Made by a program: the position numbers and the translations under genes. The notes beneath the pieces were generated by a model that saw only the letters and a list, made by a program, of their open reading frames with translations, did not search any database and was not told the origin of the DNA. From a virus (Duplodnaviria; Caudoviricetes), in IMG/VR virus record IMGVR_UViG_3300025096_000124, positions 1 to 24,733 of that record: a stretch of 24,733 nucleotides of DNA, one strand, 5' to 3'. Shown piece by piece: positions 24,508 through 24,733 of this stretch. Positions within the stretch are counted from its first letter, which is position 1; every line of letters begins with the position of its first letter.

Positions 24508-24733
24508 TTAAGCCTGACTCATCTCCACAAATAATCTTGTTGCAAAATCAAAAACCTTTTTAGCTTCATCTGCCATATCATCATTTATATTACAATATAT
24601 TGAATTAGCTAATTCTTCAGGTTCGTCAAACTTATAATACTTACCACTACCTGGTACTTTCTTAGATATCATTTGACCACCTCGTAAATCACCTAAGTAT
24701 CTAACATAGACATGAGCCATAAAATCTTCTTGT
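24508..24733 (-). CDS. Heme oxygenase, C-terminal part (N-terminus outside the window)
   Basis: 'AHVYVRYLGDLRGGQ' matches the HO distal-helix signature; downstream 'YKF' and 'EA...F.F'; frame open to the window edge (QEDF-M). Confidence 0.88.
   Translation of the reverse strand, partial: QEDFMAHVYVRYLGDLRGGQMISKKVPGSGKYYKFDEPEELANSIYCNINDDMADEAKKVFDFATRLFVEMSQA

Noticed and set aside
1-24733. Stop-codon reassignment, CRISPR array or mobile element
   Set aside because: Genes tile densely under the standard code; no repeat-spacer array, transposase or integrase seen.

Overview
AT-rich segment of a large tailed (myovirus-like) dsDNA phage genome, almost entirely encoded on the minus strand and read with the standard genetic code. 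Left part (1-6467): virion and baseplate module with T4 gp6-like wedge, gp25-like and gp5-like proteins. Middle and right: gp55/sigma-like factor, HD hydrolase, DNA adenine methyltransferase, 3D-domain protein, and many host-like genes: tmRNA, cold-shock protein, IMPDH/GMP-reductase-family enzyme, peptide deformylase, tRNA-Tyr(GUA), PNKP-type HAD phosphatase, a 940-aa TonB-dependent receptor, a J-domain protein, Hsp20 and a partial heme oxygenase. The most notable signals are non-coding: (i) a ~415-nt highly structured RNA candidate upstream of hsp20 (23039-23453) that I cannot assign to a known family; (ii) a ~65-nt hairpin motif present twice, 15 kb apart, with compensatory base changes, one copy beside a Fur-box-like palindrome; (iii) a 437-nt tmRNA whose tag may be 38 aa; (iv) an H-type pseudoknot in the receptor leader. 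All assignments come from motif recognition by eye; no searches or folding programs were run.
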